This document shows positions 13,296 to 24,700 of a DNA stretch of 64,000 nt, piece after piece. The notes under the pieces are model-generated. The model had not been told where the DNA came from. It worked only from the letters and a program-made list of their open reading frames with translations, and did no database searches. Each line of letters begins with the position of its first letter. Positions within the stretch are counted from its first letter, which is position 1. Location of the stretch: NCBI RefSeq assembly GCF_037042905.1, contig NC_087259.1:24180001-24244000 (forward strand), given 5' to 3'. The position numbers were made by a program, and so were the translations under genes. Source of the stretch: Lytechinus pictus. Its lineage: Eukaryota.

Positions 13296-13891
13296 AGGTC
13301 AAGTCCACCCCAGAAAAAAAATGATTTGAATAAATAGAGACAAATCAAACATGAATAATGGTGAAAATTTCATCAAAATCGGATGTAAAATAAGAAAGTT
13401 ATGACATTTTAAAATTTGGCTTATTTTTCACAAAACAGTTCTATACTCAACTCGGTGATATGCAAATGAGAGAGACGATGATGTCACTCACTCACTATTT
13501 CTTTTGTTTTTGTTTGAATAATACACTATTTCAATTTTTACGAATTCGACAATATTAGTACCCCTTTGCTCGAACCACAAAATGTTAGAATAATGGAATT
13601 ACATGTGTTCAGGGAGGAATGAAACTTTGTTAACAGACAATGACGAGAAAATCAAAATATTTCATATTTCATAAAATAAAATACAAAAGAAATAGTAAGT
13701 GAATGATGTCATCGGTCCCCACATTTGCATGCTGACTAAGATGTGCATATAACTGTTTTGAAAAATTAAGCGAAACTTGAAATTGTTATAACTTTCTTAT
13801 TTTACATCCAATTTTGATGAAATTTTCAGAGTTATGTTTGTTTGATTTTTCTTTATCTATTCAAGTCAGCTTGTTGGGGTGGACTTGTCCT
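13296..13891. mobile_element. TTAA-flanked MITE (~596 bp, Kolobok-like termini) nested in the AcademH element
   Basis: TTAA at 13292-13295 and 13892-13895; TIRs AGGTCAAGTCCACCCCA / TGGGGTGGACTTGTCCT with 1 mismatch. Confidence 0.85.
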
Positions 13892-13966
13892 TTAACTGGC
13901 AAGTTTGGTCTGAAATGTACTGTTCTTTCATAATATGGCTGACCAAACAATAATTGGAATTTGCAG

Positions 13967-14035
13967 GAGAACAAGAATACAGTAATTGTCTCCCTTTTGC
14001 ATATATTGAAGTGGACTGAGTAAACTCTCTCTGGA
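13967..14035 (+). pseudogene. Second decayed RecQ-like helicase exon remnant (motif Ia)
   Basis: After a ttgcag acceptor: ENKNTVIVSLLHILK, then a frame shift to D*VNSL, resembling RecQ motif Ia (VIVSPLxxLMxDQVxxL). Colinear with the upstream motif I fragment. Confidence 0.5.
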
Positions 14036-14116
14036 ACAAAAAAAATCCTAAAGAACCATGACCAAAACAAAACTCACAAGTCGGTCATATTTGTACGTAC
14101 AGTATAGCACTTTAAA

Positions 14117-15012
14117 CAGTGGCGTACCTACAATTTTCCACAGGGGGGGGGGGGCAAAACCGTCCGCCAAAAAAATTGACAAGCAAGAAAAAAGTCTTCA
14201 ATCACAAATAAAGGACTTCGTACCTGGAAAAAAAATTGACAAGCAAAACAAAAAAAGGTCTTCAAGCTCGTCAGGGGGGGGGGGCAATAAAGGTCTTCAA
14301 GCTCGTCAGGGGGCAAAAAAGGCTATTTTTTCAAGCTCGTCAGGGGGCCAAGATAGTCCTTCGCCCCACCAATAGAAATGATTGGGGGGCAAACATATCG
14401 TTTTGCCCCCCCCCCCCCTCCTCCAATAATTCCGCATGTACAAAAATAAAATAAGATATAGTAATGTTACACAGAAATCAGCAAGCGATATTGAGCTACA
14501 CAACTCGTTCTTTGTTTAAAATCGTGCTCAAATTGTCCGCTTTTCAGATTGGAATACAAAAATTTTCAGCTCGCGCTTCGCGCTCGCACCATTTCTGTAG
14601 CAAAACCCCACACTTTTCATCATTAAATAGGTGAATAGAATGTCCCGTTCTCAGTTCTAAGCCTCAAAAGAAGTCCCGCTTCGATTTGCAATAATCTTTT
14701 GTTGGATATAATCTTGTTCTTTATTAAAAACGTCCATTAAACTGTCATTTTTTTTCAGATCGAAATATCAAAATTTTAAGCTCGCGCTTTGCGCTCGCAT
14801 GTTTTGTCTTTTTTAGATACCCATCTTAATCATAGGTACCAAAATGCAGAGGATATCAAGCTTTCTGGTCAGAATATAAAGAAATTTCAGCTCGCCCTCG
14901 GCACTCGCATTATCTGTGTAGTGAGATATGTATTCTCCTCATGAGTTACTACAAACAGTCTTTAAAAGGCACCTTTTTCCTATTTTCAGGTCAGTTTACT
15001 AAAAAAATTCAG

Positions 15013-15059
<47 letters not shown>

Positions 15060-15156
15060 TGTGTGTGAGTTTGTTTGTTTTGTGTGATCGAGCGCCGTTG
15101 GAAAGTTGATTCATGATTCCCCCCCCCCCAATGTGAAAAAAAGATTGACGCCCCTG
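14117..15156. mobile_element. Composite hAT-like non-autonomous sequence nested in the AcademH element
   Basis: Starts CAGTGGCGTACCTA, highly similar to 59947-60316. Contains GCTCGCGCTTCGCGCTCGC repeats and a (TA)n tract at ~15015-15056. Ends GACGCCCCTG. No clean TSD. Confidence 0.6.
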
Positions 15157-17767
15157 TGTATATATAGTAAAAAAATTGCATCTCAATTAATATACACAAG
15201 TATCGGCCTCATCGCAATAAAAGGGTTAGTACACGAGATTTTGTGTTACTTTTTGCTTGTTTCTTTCTTTAATAAGTTTTTCAATCTCTCTCTATATATG
15301 TCTAAGAAAGATTATATGTCTAAATTCATGTATATTTTATGTTGTAATGATATATGTTTAAGTGGACTTCAGGGAATGGTCGTACGCAGCAAGGGGGAAG
15401 GGGGGGGGCAAATTCCCGATCAGTTGTTGTGAAAACACATTTTTTCCCTTAACATTTCATGAAAACTATGAAAAATGTGCAAATGTGAGATGTGTACCAA
15501 ATACTTTTATTACACTTTATAAAAAAATAATAATCGCCACATGAGCAGCTCGGTCCGTTTTTATTTTTCAAAAATATGTTCGAGATTTGCCCCCCCCCCC
15601 CGGAAATATTATCTGCGTGTGGTCATGCAAAATGGCATGACTGGAAATCCTACATTTTGAAAAGAGCATTTGACAGGGTCAGACTTCTGTCAAGTCATCA
15701 TTATTACTTTAAACTACAATTAAAACATAAAATAATTATTATCCTTTGTTTCTTAAAAAAAAAAAACTGACACAAGTCCTTCTCAGATGTGCTCATTATT
15801 GTGTCTATCCTCTCCTCTATTTTCTCCTCTCCGCTTATCCGCCTTCCTACGTACAGCAGCACCCATCCATCTTCTCAGGGCATTCTCCCCCTTTTTTTCT
15901 TCTCTTTTTCTGGGGGGGGTGGGAAGGGTAGATATTTTTAGGACGGGTTGTTTTGCCCTTCACCAAACTGTATATTTTTTATTACTTTGTATTTATTTTG
16001 TGAGTATTTCCCTCTCCTTTATTCATTCTTTTCTCATTTGATTATCTGTATTTATACTTTGTTATTTTGTTATTTGTTGTGTTATCTATTTCTTGAGGGG
16101 CCCACATTGTACCAGCATTGCTTTTTAGTGGGTTCCTCCATTTCCATCTTAATTTAATTTCTATTGAAAAATAGTATATATATTTAAAACCTACAATGTG
16201 TTGCCCAAATCGTCTAAGTGTTTTTTTTCACAACATATGTATTATTAATTTTGTTTGCAACGGATACAAATATTTATGTTTATATATGGTATACAATTTG
16301 TTTTTGTTTGATGGAAGTGAAATAAATGAATTTGAATTTGAATTGAATTTGACTTTTCCCCTTTTCATTTTCATTTATAGTGCAAAAATATGTGCGCCGC
16401 TCGGCGGTCCCCCCCCCCCCTTTCGCCAAAAGCTGGATCCGCCTATGCAAACTACATGTAAAAGTTACACTGCAATGGAATAGTTACTAGCAATTTAATT
16501 AACTGGCAAGGTACATGTAGATCTGAACATAATGCTCTTTCATAATGGCTGCAAAAAATATATTTCATAAATACTGTACTTCAAAGGTAATGAGAAAAGA
16601 TGCCTTTATTTATAGATCCAGACCGGACCCGAAAATGAAATTCATAAATTATATACCAATCGAAAGCTTATAAGCTACTAAATACAGCAAGGTATGCTAT
16701 ATTAATTTTCACCGCTTCCCAGCTGAGTATTTTGCTTAAGAATATTCCAATTATCGGGCTTCGAACCCCGCTTAGAAAATAGGCTTTATTGTGCTTTTCA
16801 CTTGCCTCGAGACCCTAACGTCACGTTGTGTAAGAAGCGTCGTGATTCCATAGGTTTGTACACAGAAACACTGGGTGATTTTTTTTTGCTTTCCAGATAA
16901 CGCATTTCATTCTCTTCACTTCTATCACAGAGGGATATCACATATATTTTTACCCACAAGCTTGAATTTATGAAATCTACAGTTTTGAACTAGTTTTTGC
17001 CATATTTATTTCCTGCTTACTTGGCGCAAATTTCAATTCTATCTGCATTTAGATTATGTATAATAACTTTTTCTGACATAGCAATTTAGGCCCAATAAGA
17101 GCCAAACAAAGAAATCACAAAAAAGTAGTGAATAGTTGTAGGTTTACAACAATTTGAACAGTGAATAATTTTGAGTGCCATTTTCATCTGAAAACGAAAA
17201 AAAAATGGATTCATAACATGGAAATGGAAGAAAATACCCAATGCTTTTGTACACAAACCTATGGAACCACAACCCTCCTGACACAACGTGACGTCATCAT
17301 TTCCAGGCGACATGGGGATGCTCAATCGAAGCGTACTTTGGAGGAGTAGTTTCTTTGATTTTTATTTAATATTTTTAACTATTGGAAGAATCATTACCTT
17401 TATTTTAATATATGATTGTTTTTACACCGGTCAGGGTCTTTATCGAAGAGGCTTCATGTACATCATTGGCAATATCATTTCCTGGCTACCTGTAGCTAGA
17501 TAATAATGTAGCTGAACAACAAAAATAATTGTACGCATTATCTACATGTTCATGTAAAGTAAATAAATAAACTAAAAGTTCCAAGGACAATTGTAAAGAT
17601 TTTCTTCCAAAATCTAATGCACGCATCAAAATCCACATTTGTGAGATTAATCTACTTTTAAAAATCAATAATGATTTTTATTCTGTTTTCCTTATCCCTT
17701 TCACAGCTCTGTACTAATCTGTACAAAGTACATGTACTTCTCAACCCTTTTTGTCATACTCTCTGAC

Positions 17768-19980
17768 CATGGGTGTCGATCGGTATGCTTGGTTGGGGGG
17801 GGGGGGTGATTGACACAAATGTTCTTGTGGATGGGGATCTTTCAACATTACCCCCACTAAAATTACAAGTTAGGACATTTGAGAGTGGTTGATATGCATG
17901 GTGTTCTTGGAAATTGCTTAATGCAAAAAGCATGAACTAGCGTTTCTTCACTGGACGTAGGGGAAAAGTAGGGGATTGTTGCAGTGTACTTTACTTATAT
18001 AATTTTTTTTTAAATTCAATTTGTGTTACAAGTAAGCTTATTATAAACCCATACGAAAGAAAAATGACAAAAATTGTCTGGACCATGTACAAAGTGATAT
18101 GTTTATTGAGCATGATGTATACAACTTCTCTCTTAAATCTAACCCGACTGGCAATATCTTTTTTCTTCTTAATGCATGATCATGATAAAATGCACATTCG
18201 GACAAAAAATATAAGACTAGCACAAATTACAAACTGTGTGGCTTCTCGTGTGCCATCGGGCTTACCGTCATTCCTTAGACGATTTTAACCCTGGATTTTA
18301 ACATGTTTTAAATACTTTATAAGTGCATGAAACAAAAACAAACATTAAAACAATCAAAACTCAACTGTCATGTTATGATATTTCTCCAACATTTTCTTGA
18401 ACCATCAGTGTGTAATATCAGCTAATATACATTATGTGTTAAAATGAAATTTACGTACCGCATGAGTGTGCTCATATAGAATGTAAAACTGCCATCCCTT
18501 TCCAAACTCAAAAGATATTTCTTTTTGCCAAAATAAGAAAAAAATAATCAAGTTTAGTTATTCAAGTCCATAACAATAACAAGAATAACATGAAAAAAAC
18601 ATCCGATGTTCATATCCTCATATCCGCTTTAGAGAGAATGAATGATTATTCTTTCTGAAACCATCAATTGATTTCACTTATTAAAAAAATTGTAAAAATA
18701 TGATCATATTATATTGAGCTCACTGAACCTCAATATTTTCATGAGAGGTATCTGATGGGGTCACATGATAAAATGTTTTAATATCAATTACATCCAACCG
18801 CATACAACAAAGGCACCATATATGAGCTACTGATCACCAAACGACCATTATGACTTTTTTTAAAGTGAAATTTTTGCATTTGATGTGGGCTCACTCTTTC
18901 ATGACTATAGGCACCTCATTTCCACATAGATAGATAATGAGGACATCGATGCTCTCCTGCAAAATATTATTGACCAAAAGTTATCGTTCAAGTCAAGGTA
19001 TTTGGATATACAAGTAGGGGTGACTTTCGTTTTGTGCACATCTTGCTTTTGGTATATTTTCTTGTTCAAGTTACTGAATGCCGAACTTAATATATAACTA
19101 CCATGACATACATCGGTAAAGTGTGTATAACCAGGCAAATAAATGAAGTGATAAGCCTATACTCTATAGAAACGCAAAGGTATTTTTCTTTTTCTCTGAA
19201 TTTTCTGGGAATGAATAAGAAAAAGGTGAAATAGAACAACATCTATTTCAGGTAGTCTCAATAATGTCCGAAAATCTTTCGCCTCATGTCAGACCTCATT
19301 GCAAATAACTTTTTATGACAGCGATCCCTGGCGATTTACTTATTTTACATAACTTCAAAAATGAAATGATATTCAAAAGGGTTGTAGATTAAATGGAACA
19401 AACATCATGCACTTGGATGTGGGGAGGGGTAAATCTGAGAAAAGTTATTTGTACTTTTTCAAAATTGCGGCCCTCTGGGATTTACGTCCATGGGGTTTTC
19501 CCTGTTTACTCCCGTTTATTTTTCCACCCGTTTATTTTCCCACCCTTTTGAATTAATTGATTTATTAAAATGTATTTATTCACCAATGCCTGGTGGGATA
19601 GAACACCCTATCAACAAAAGTTGTTTTTAGTTCATCGGGGTCCTTTTATGTCATGTGTTAAAAAATATCATATACATAAACATTTAAATTTTTGTCATCT
19701 TGAACCTCCACCCATCTGTTTTAAAGTCCTGGAAAAGAATGTTCTTATTTAATAACAATATACACACATTGCGACGGAAACAAACTGATTGATGGCATAC
19801 TATAATCATCACTATAATTATCATGATCATACTTTTTCATTTTTGATCATCATTATTTAATTTTTCTACCCTAAATTATTGGGGGGATGATAATACAGGC
19901 CATCCCCCCACTTGAAATATTAGGGGGGATATATCCCCCCATCCCCCCCCCCCCCCCCCCCCCGGTGATCGACACCCATG
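17768..19980. mobile_element. 2.2-kb non-autonomous hAT-like element nested in the AcademH element
   Basis: 14-bp TIRs CATGGGTGTCGATC / GATCGACACCCATG. 8-bp flanks TCTCTGAC (17760-17767) and TCTTTGAC (19981-19988), 7/8 match. Subterminal poly-G/poly-C tracts. Confidence 0.8.
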
Positions 19981-21333
19981 TCTTTGACAGTGAAATATGT
20001 GAAGAAGACTTTGAAAATGATATATTTACAAGTGCCCACAGTAAAATGTACCGTGATGTGATCCATTCACAAGAATGAGACTTTAATTACATTGTATGAG
20101 TCTAAATTTTCAATACCCATACTAAGACAAAATGCCTTTATGTAATTACATGTGTAGATGAAGAAGAATATAAAATATATCATTCAAACATGTACATTAA
20201 TCATTCCATCTGAGTAAAGTGGAAAAACTAGTCTGTATTGTTTTGAAGTTTGAAATTTGGTACATTAGCACCTTCTTTCATATATCATGATGGTAACATC
20301 ATACCCACAGATTTAACCAAGATATGCACATAGAGTGAAATAACTATTATGCATGTAACAGTAATTTCCCAACAATGAAATGTCTATTTGTAGCCTTAAA
20401 AGTAATGAACTATCTTAAACTGTCGTATGATACATGTACATGTATTCACATCACATAGATCACGGACGCTCACGTCCCTGCGCTGCATAGATCTACTACA
20501 TCAATCCCACGTGCACAATGTATGCACACAGCTGATAACGAGTGTGCAAAACGTAAACAACGTTGCACTGTTCGGCGCAGCGAGATTGACAAGTAACTCA
20601 TGCATATTCATGAGCACTCGTCCGTTGACCTTTGACCTCTGACGTCACCGCTGAGCAACTGATCTAGACGATATTTCCTCGGAGTACAGGTTCTCGGTTT
20701 TGCGCGCACACTCGGCTGGGCGTACGCACGGAATAGAACGTATATATCGGTGCAAATAAATTCGTTTAATATCGTCTAGAACTAGACTAGGGTAGATGCT
20801 GTGGGGGGATTTTCATGAAATTAATAATCAGTGATTTTCACTGGTAGCTGTTATAAGCTACTGAAATCCTTGTATCTGATTGGCTCAGAATGCATTAATT
20901 GGTGAAAATCACTGACTATTTGCTTTGTGAAACTCTCCCTTGTTCTCTACCACTGAGGTTTGCAATTCGTGAACTCTTTCGAGGATTCTTCATCGAAGGT
21001 TTCCAGTAAATGAGCTTTTCAGATGCTTTCATTCGAGTCCTAATTTGAACCCCTATTTAGGGATTCATTTTCTCATTTATTTTGTGTTGAGTTTTCTGTG
21101 TCTGTCGCTATCCATCTGGCGAAAGAAAAATTGTATTCACACCTCTTTTCATCTCCTCTCTCTATCTTTATTTCTATCTCTCACTTACAGTTGTTATATA
21201 TTTCCCTCTTGTTCTATTTACCTCCGCCACCCCCCCCCCCCCTCTACAGGCGCATAGATGGGGCAGAAAAGGGTCCACGTAACAGTTGTGGTGGTGTTGG
21301 TGGTGGTGGTGAAATAGTCAATAGTGGTAGAGG

Positions 21334-21716
21334 NNNNNNNNNNNNNNNNNNNNNNNNNNNNNNNNNNNNNNNNNNNNNNNNNNNNNNNNNNNNNNNNNNN
21401 NNNNNNNNNNNNNNNNNNNNNNNNNNNNNNNNNNNNNNNNNNNNNNNNNNNNNNNNNNNNNNNNNNNNNNNNNNNNNNNNNNNNNNNNNNNNNNNNNNNN
21501 NNNNNNNNNNNNNNNNNNNNNNNNNNNNNNNNNNNNNNNNNNNNNNNNNNNNNNNNNNNNNNNNNNNNNNNNNNNNNNNNNNNNNNNNNNNNNNNNNNNN
21601 NNNNNNNNNNNNNNNNNNNNNNNNNNNNNNNNNNNNNNNNNNNNNNNNNNNNNNNNNNNNNNNNNNNNNNNNNNNNNNNNNNNNNNNNNNNNNNNNNNNN
21701 NNNNNNNNNNNNNNNN
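21334..21716. other. Assembly gap (N run), followed by a (CTT)n-type microsatellite to ~21850; further gaps at 23595-23748 and 27310-27444
   Basis: Runs of N. Confidence 0.99.
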
Positions 21717-24700
21717 TTCTTCTACTTCTTATTCTTTTTTTTCTTCTTTTTCTTCTTCTTCTTCTTCTTCTCCTTCTCCTTCTTCTTCTTCTTCTTTTCC
21801 TTCTCCTCCTTCCCCTTCATCCTCACCTCTTCCTCATTCCTCCTACTCATCTTCCACTCCCTGGCATCATTCGAAAGAGTGCGGGTGGGGAGGGGTAGTA
21901 GCAAGTTGATGATGGGAGGGGGATTGAGGCTTTATAGATGAGAGAGGAAAAGAAGTGAGAGTGAAAATATTTCCATACACCTTTGTTGATCCTCTTTTCC
22001 CTAGAAAGCACTTGTTTACTTTTCTCAGTTCGTTGAAGTATCCTCTCAATAACATTGATTGAACATGATGAATGTGAAACATCTTTTGGCTCTTCCCTTC
22101 TCGTATTCCATTTCTTTAACCCTCTCGATCCCTCAAAACCGGCGAACAAGCCCTACTTACAAAGTAATATTGAAATGCCTATTATCTCGTGATTATAATA
22201 TCTAGCCCCTCCCCGTTCCTAAATCAAAGCATAAGTACAGGGGCGGAGGAATCGGGGGGGGGGGGGCTTCAGCACCCCCTTAGGTAACCATGTACAAACA
22301 TATGAAAACGAACATCAGATTGTGATTATATACATTTTCACCCCACCCCCACACATTCAAAATCGAGGCCCTTGGTGTCAACTAAAGATATTTATGTTTG
22401 TATTGCCCTATATATATTTCTTTTATTTATTTTCAGCATTTTAAGACCCCCGATCTTCCAGTTTTCTCGGAAAATTGATCACAATTATGGGCTTGAACGA
22501 ATGATAAAGTTACTTGGGCAGGACCAGGGTACACCCCGCCCTTCTTGCACAAAACATTTTTTTTTTAAATATAGGCATACCTTTTCATTTTTAGGGGGTG
22601 GGCTATTGGGGGTGGAGGGGTGCGTGAAACATTTTTATTTTTATTTTTTTTTTTTTTTGAGAAAGGCTACTGGTCACCCCCTCTGAGGGCTACTCCATGA
22701 GTGCCCACGCACTAGAAGCAAACATCACCTATCATCCGAGTTGCTCCAATCCGCTCCACCAACTCACCCGTCCCAGCGGCAATTTGGTTTGACAGCTCGC
22801 CTAATCCGGCCCGCCTGTACTCCGACAGCAAGAGCCTATTCACCACCACTGGACTTGCCTGACTCTCTCTCCCTGCCCGCCAGCCGAACCCTCCCCGCAA
22901 CACGGTTCGTGATTATTTACGAAATCTCGCAGTAATCCTCAACTGTCAAAAGCAGGCAATGGGATCTCTTTTTGACAGGCAATTCAGTAAAACCTTCTTA
23001 TTTATCATAGGATAGTGAGGTTAACGTAACCCATGTCTTCCTTAGCACGGCATTAGGAGGACAAGTGAGCACGGGAAATAACAGTTCATAAAACTCCAGA
23101 CGAAGGGGGTAGACCGATATGATAATCTAATATTGATTTTGTCGGTTGTTACCATTTTGAAAGTTTTGGCTTGATTTTATCATTTACTTTTTCAAGTGAT
23201 CGCTCCATTTTCTTCATGGGAAGAAAACTTTGCAACTAGTTTTTAGCTTAAGTTATAGTTTCAACATCGCTATAGATAACTTTATTTGAAATATTTGTGT
23301 TTTCTTTATTGTGATTCGCCAGATTCTTAAGTTTCATTTAATTATAGATAATTACACAAAAACAAAAGGCCCAAATGATTAAACAGCAAGAAATTAACCA
23401 GTTTGATTGGCAACGTGATATGAAGACGTTGGCATAATCAATACATCAACAATCGTCAATTTACTTCAGTATAAAATGTTTAATATTAACCTTCATGTGC
23501 AAAATCGCATTTTTTTTCAAACCTTGACTGCACTTCCATCACCAATATCTTTATGACATCATTTTCAAAATCATCATCAATCTTTAGACCTATTNNNNNN
23601 NNNNNNNNNNNNNNNNNNNNNNNNNNNNNNNNNNNNNNNNNNNNNNNNNNNNNNNNNNNNNNNNNNNNNNNNNNNNNNNNNNNNNNNNNNNNNNNNNNNN
23701 NNNNNNNNNNNNNNNNNNNNNNNNNNNNNNNNNNNNNNNNNNNNNNNNGCAGCCATCTTCATCGTCGTCATAATAATCGTAATCATCGTTTTATTGCATC
23801 ATAATTGTCAATTTTGTTGTCATCCTTTGACAAAATGCAGATCAACATCAACTTGTTTCGTTCTCACAGTGAAGAAAACAATAATTTAAGTAGTGGTTTT
23901 ATGTGACAAAGTAAAATTAGTCATGCGCGTGAATGTTTTGTTATTTAAATAAATAAAGCTATATTTGTTTTGTTCAATGAACATTACAAATTATTTTTGT
24001 CATTACAAACATTTCTATGACTCATGGATTCATAATTTTCAAATTGAATGACGAATTAATGAACAGGATATAATGAGATGCTGATTTGTCATTTTCACTT
24101 CGTCACAAAACACATGGCTTGTCTGTTTATATTGTTGATAATTGTATATTTTTGTTACTTGGTGGCCCCTTTTTGTAACCTTCACTTTATCCGGGGTCAC
24201 CTTTACATTATTGTATTTTTGTATAAAACCTGTTGTCAATCTGTCTGTAATGTTTTGTATCTGATGGTTAAACAAACAAATTAAATTGAATATTACAAGA
24301 AGAATTATATATTCATTCGATATATCCTCCACAATTTCCTTATTCACATCAAGAAGAAGACATATGATAACAGTTCTTATAAATGTATAAATTCTCTCTT
24401 TCTAAGCTGTGATTGCAAAGATAATGTTAATTTTTAATGATTTTGGCGGGCCAATATGGAGATATTGCCCAAATTAGTTATCACCGCCGGAGTCATCAAC
24501 CGAGGGCAATAGATTATAAATAGTGATGAGGGTATATATTTTGGAATGGTGAGTCCATTTTATGAGTATTAATTGCACATATCTCGTATAATCTCTTGAC
24601 AAACAAGAGAGTGATTCCTGTTTCCCTTTTTCCCCTTTCTCTTTAATTTACTTTTAATCACTTCCGAAGAAGATATGTTAGAAATGCAATCCTAAAGCAT

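Larger units (their letters stand above)
12211..20789. mobile_element. Non-autonomous AcademH-like DNA transposon (8,579 bp) with nested insertions
   Basis: 150-bp TIRs at 12211-12360 and 20640-20789 read as exact reverse complements with TAG...CTA termini. 9-bp TSD GGGTAGATG at 12202-12210 and 20790-20798. Internal degenerate RecQ-type helicase fragments. AcademH elements are known to encode a helicase and make 9-10 bp TSDs. Confidence 0.85.

Noticed and set aside
12211-20789. Mutator/MULE assignment based on 9-bp TSD and long TIRs
   Set aside because: TAG termini and RecQ-like helicase remnants fit AcademH better; not fully excluded without a transposase sequence
21098-21941. ORFs of 266 and 205 aa
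   Set aside because: They span an N gap and a CTT microsatellite
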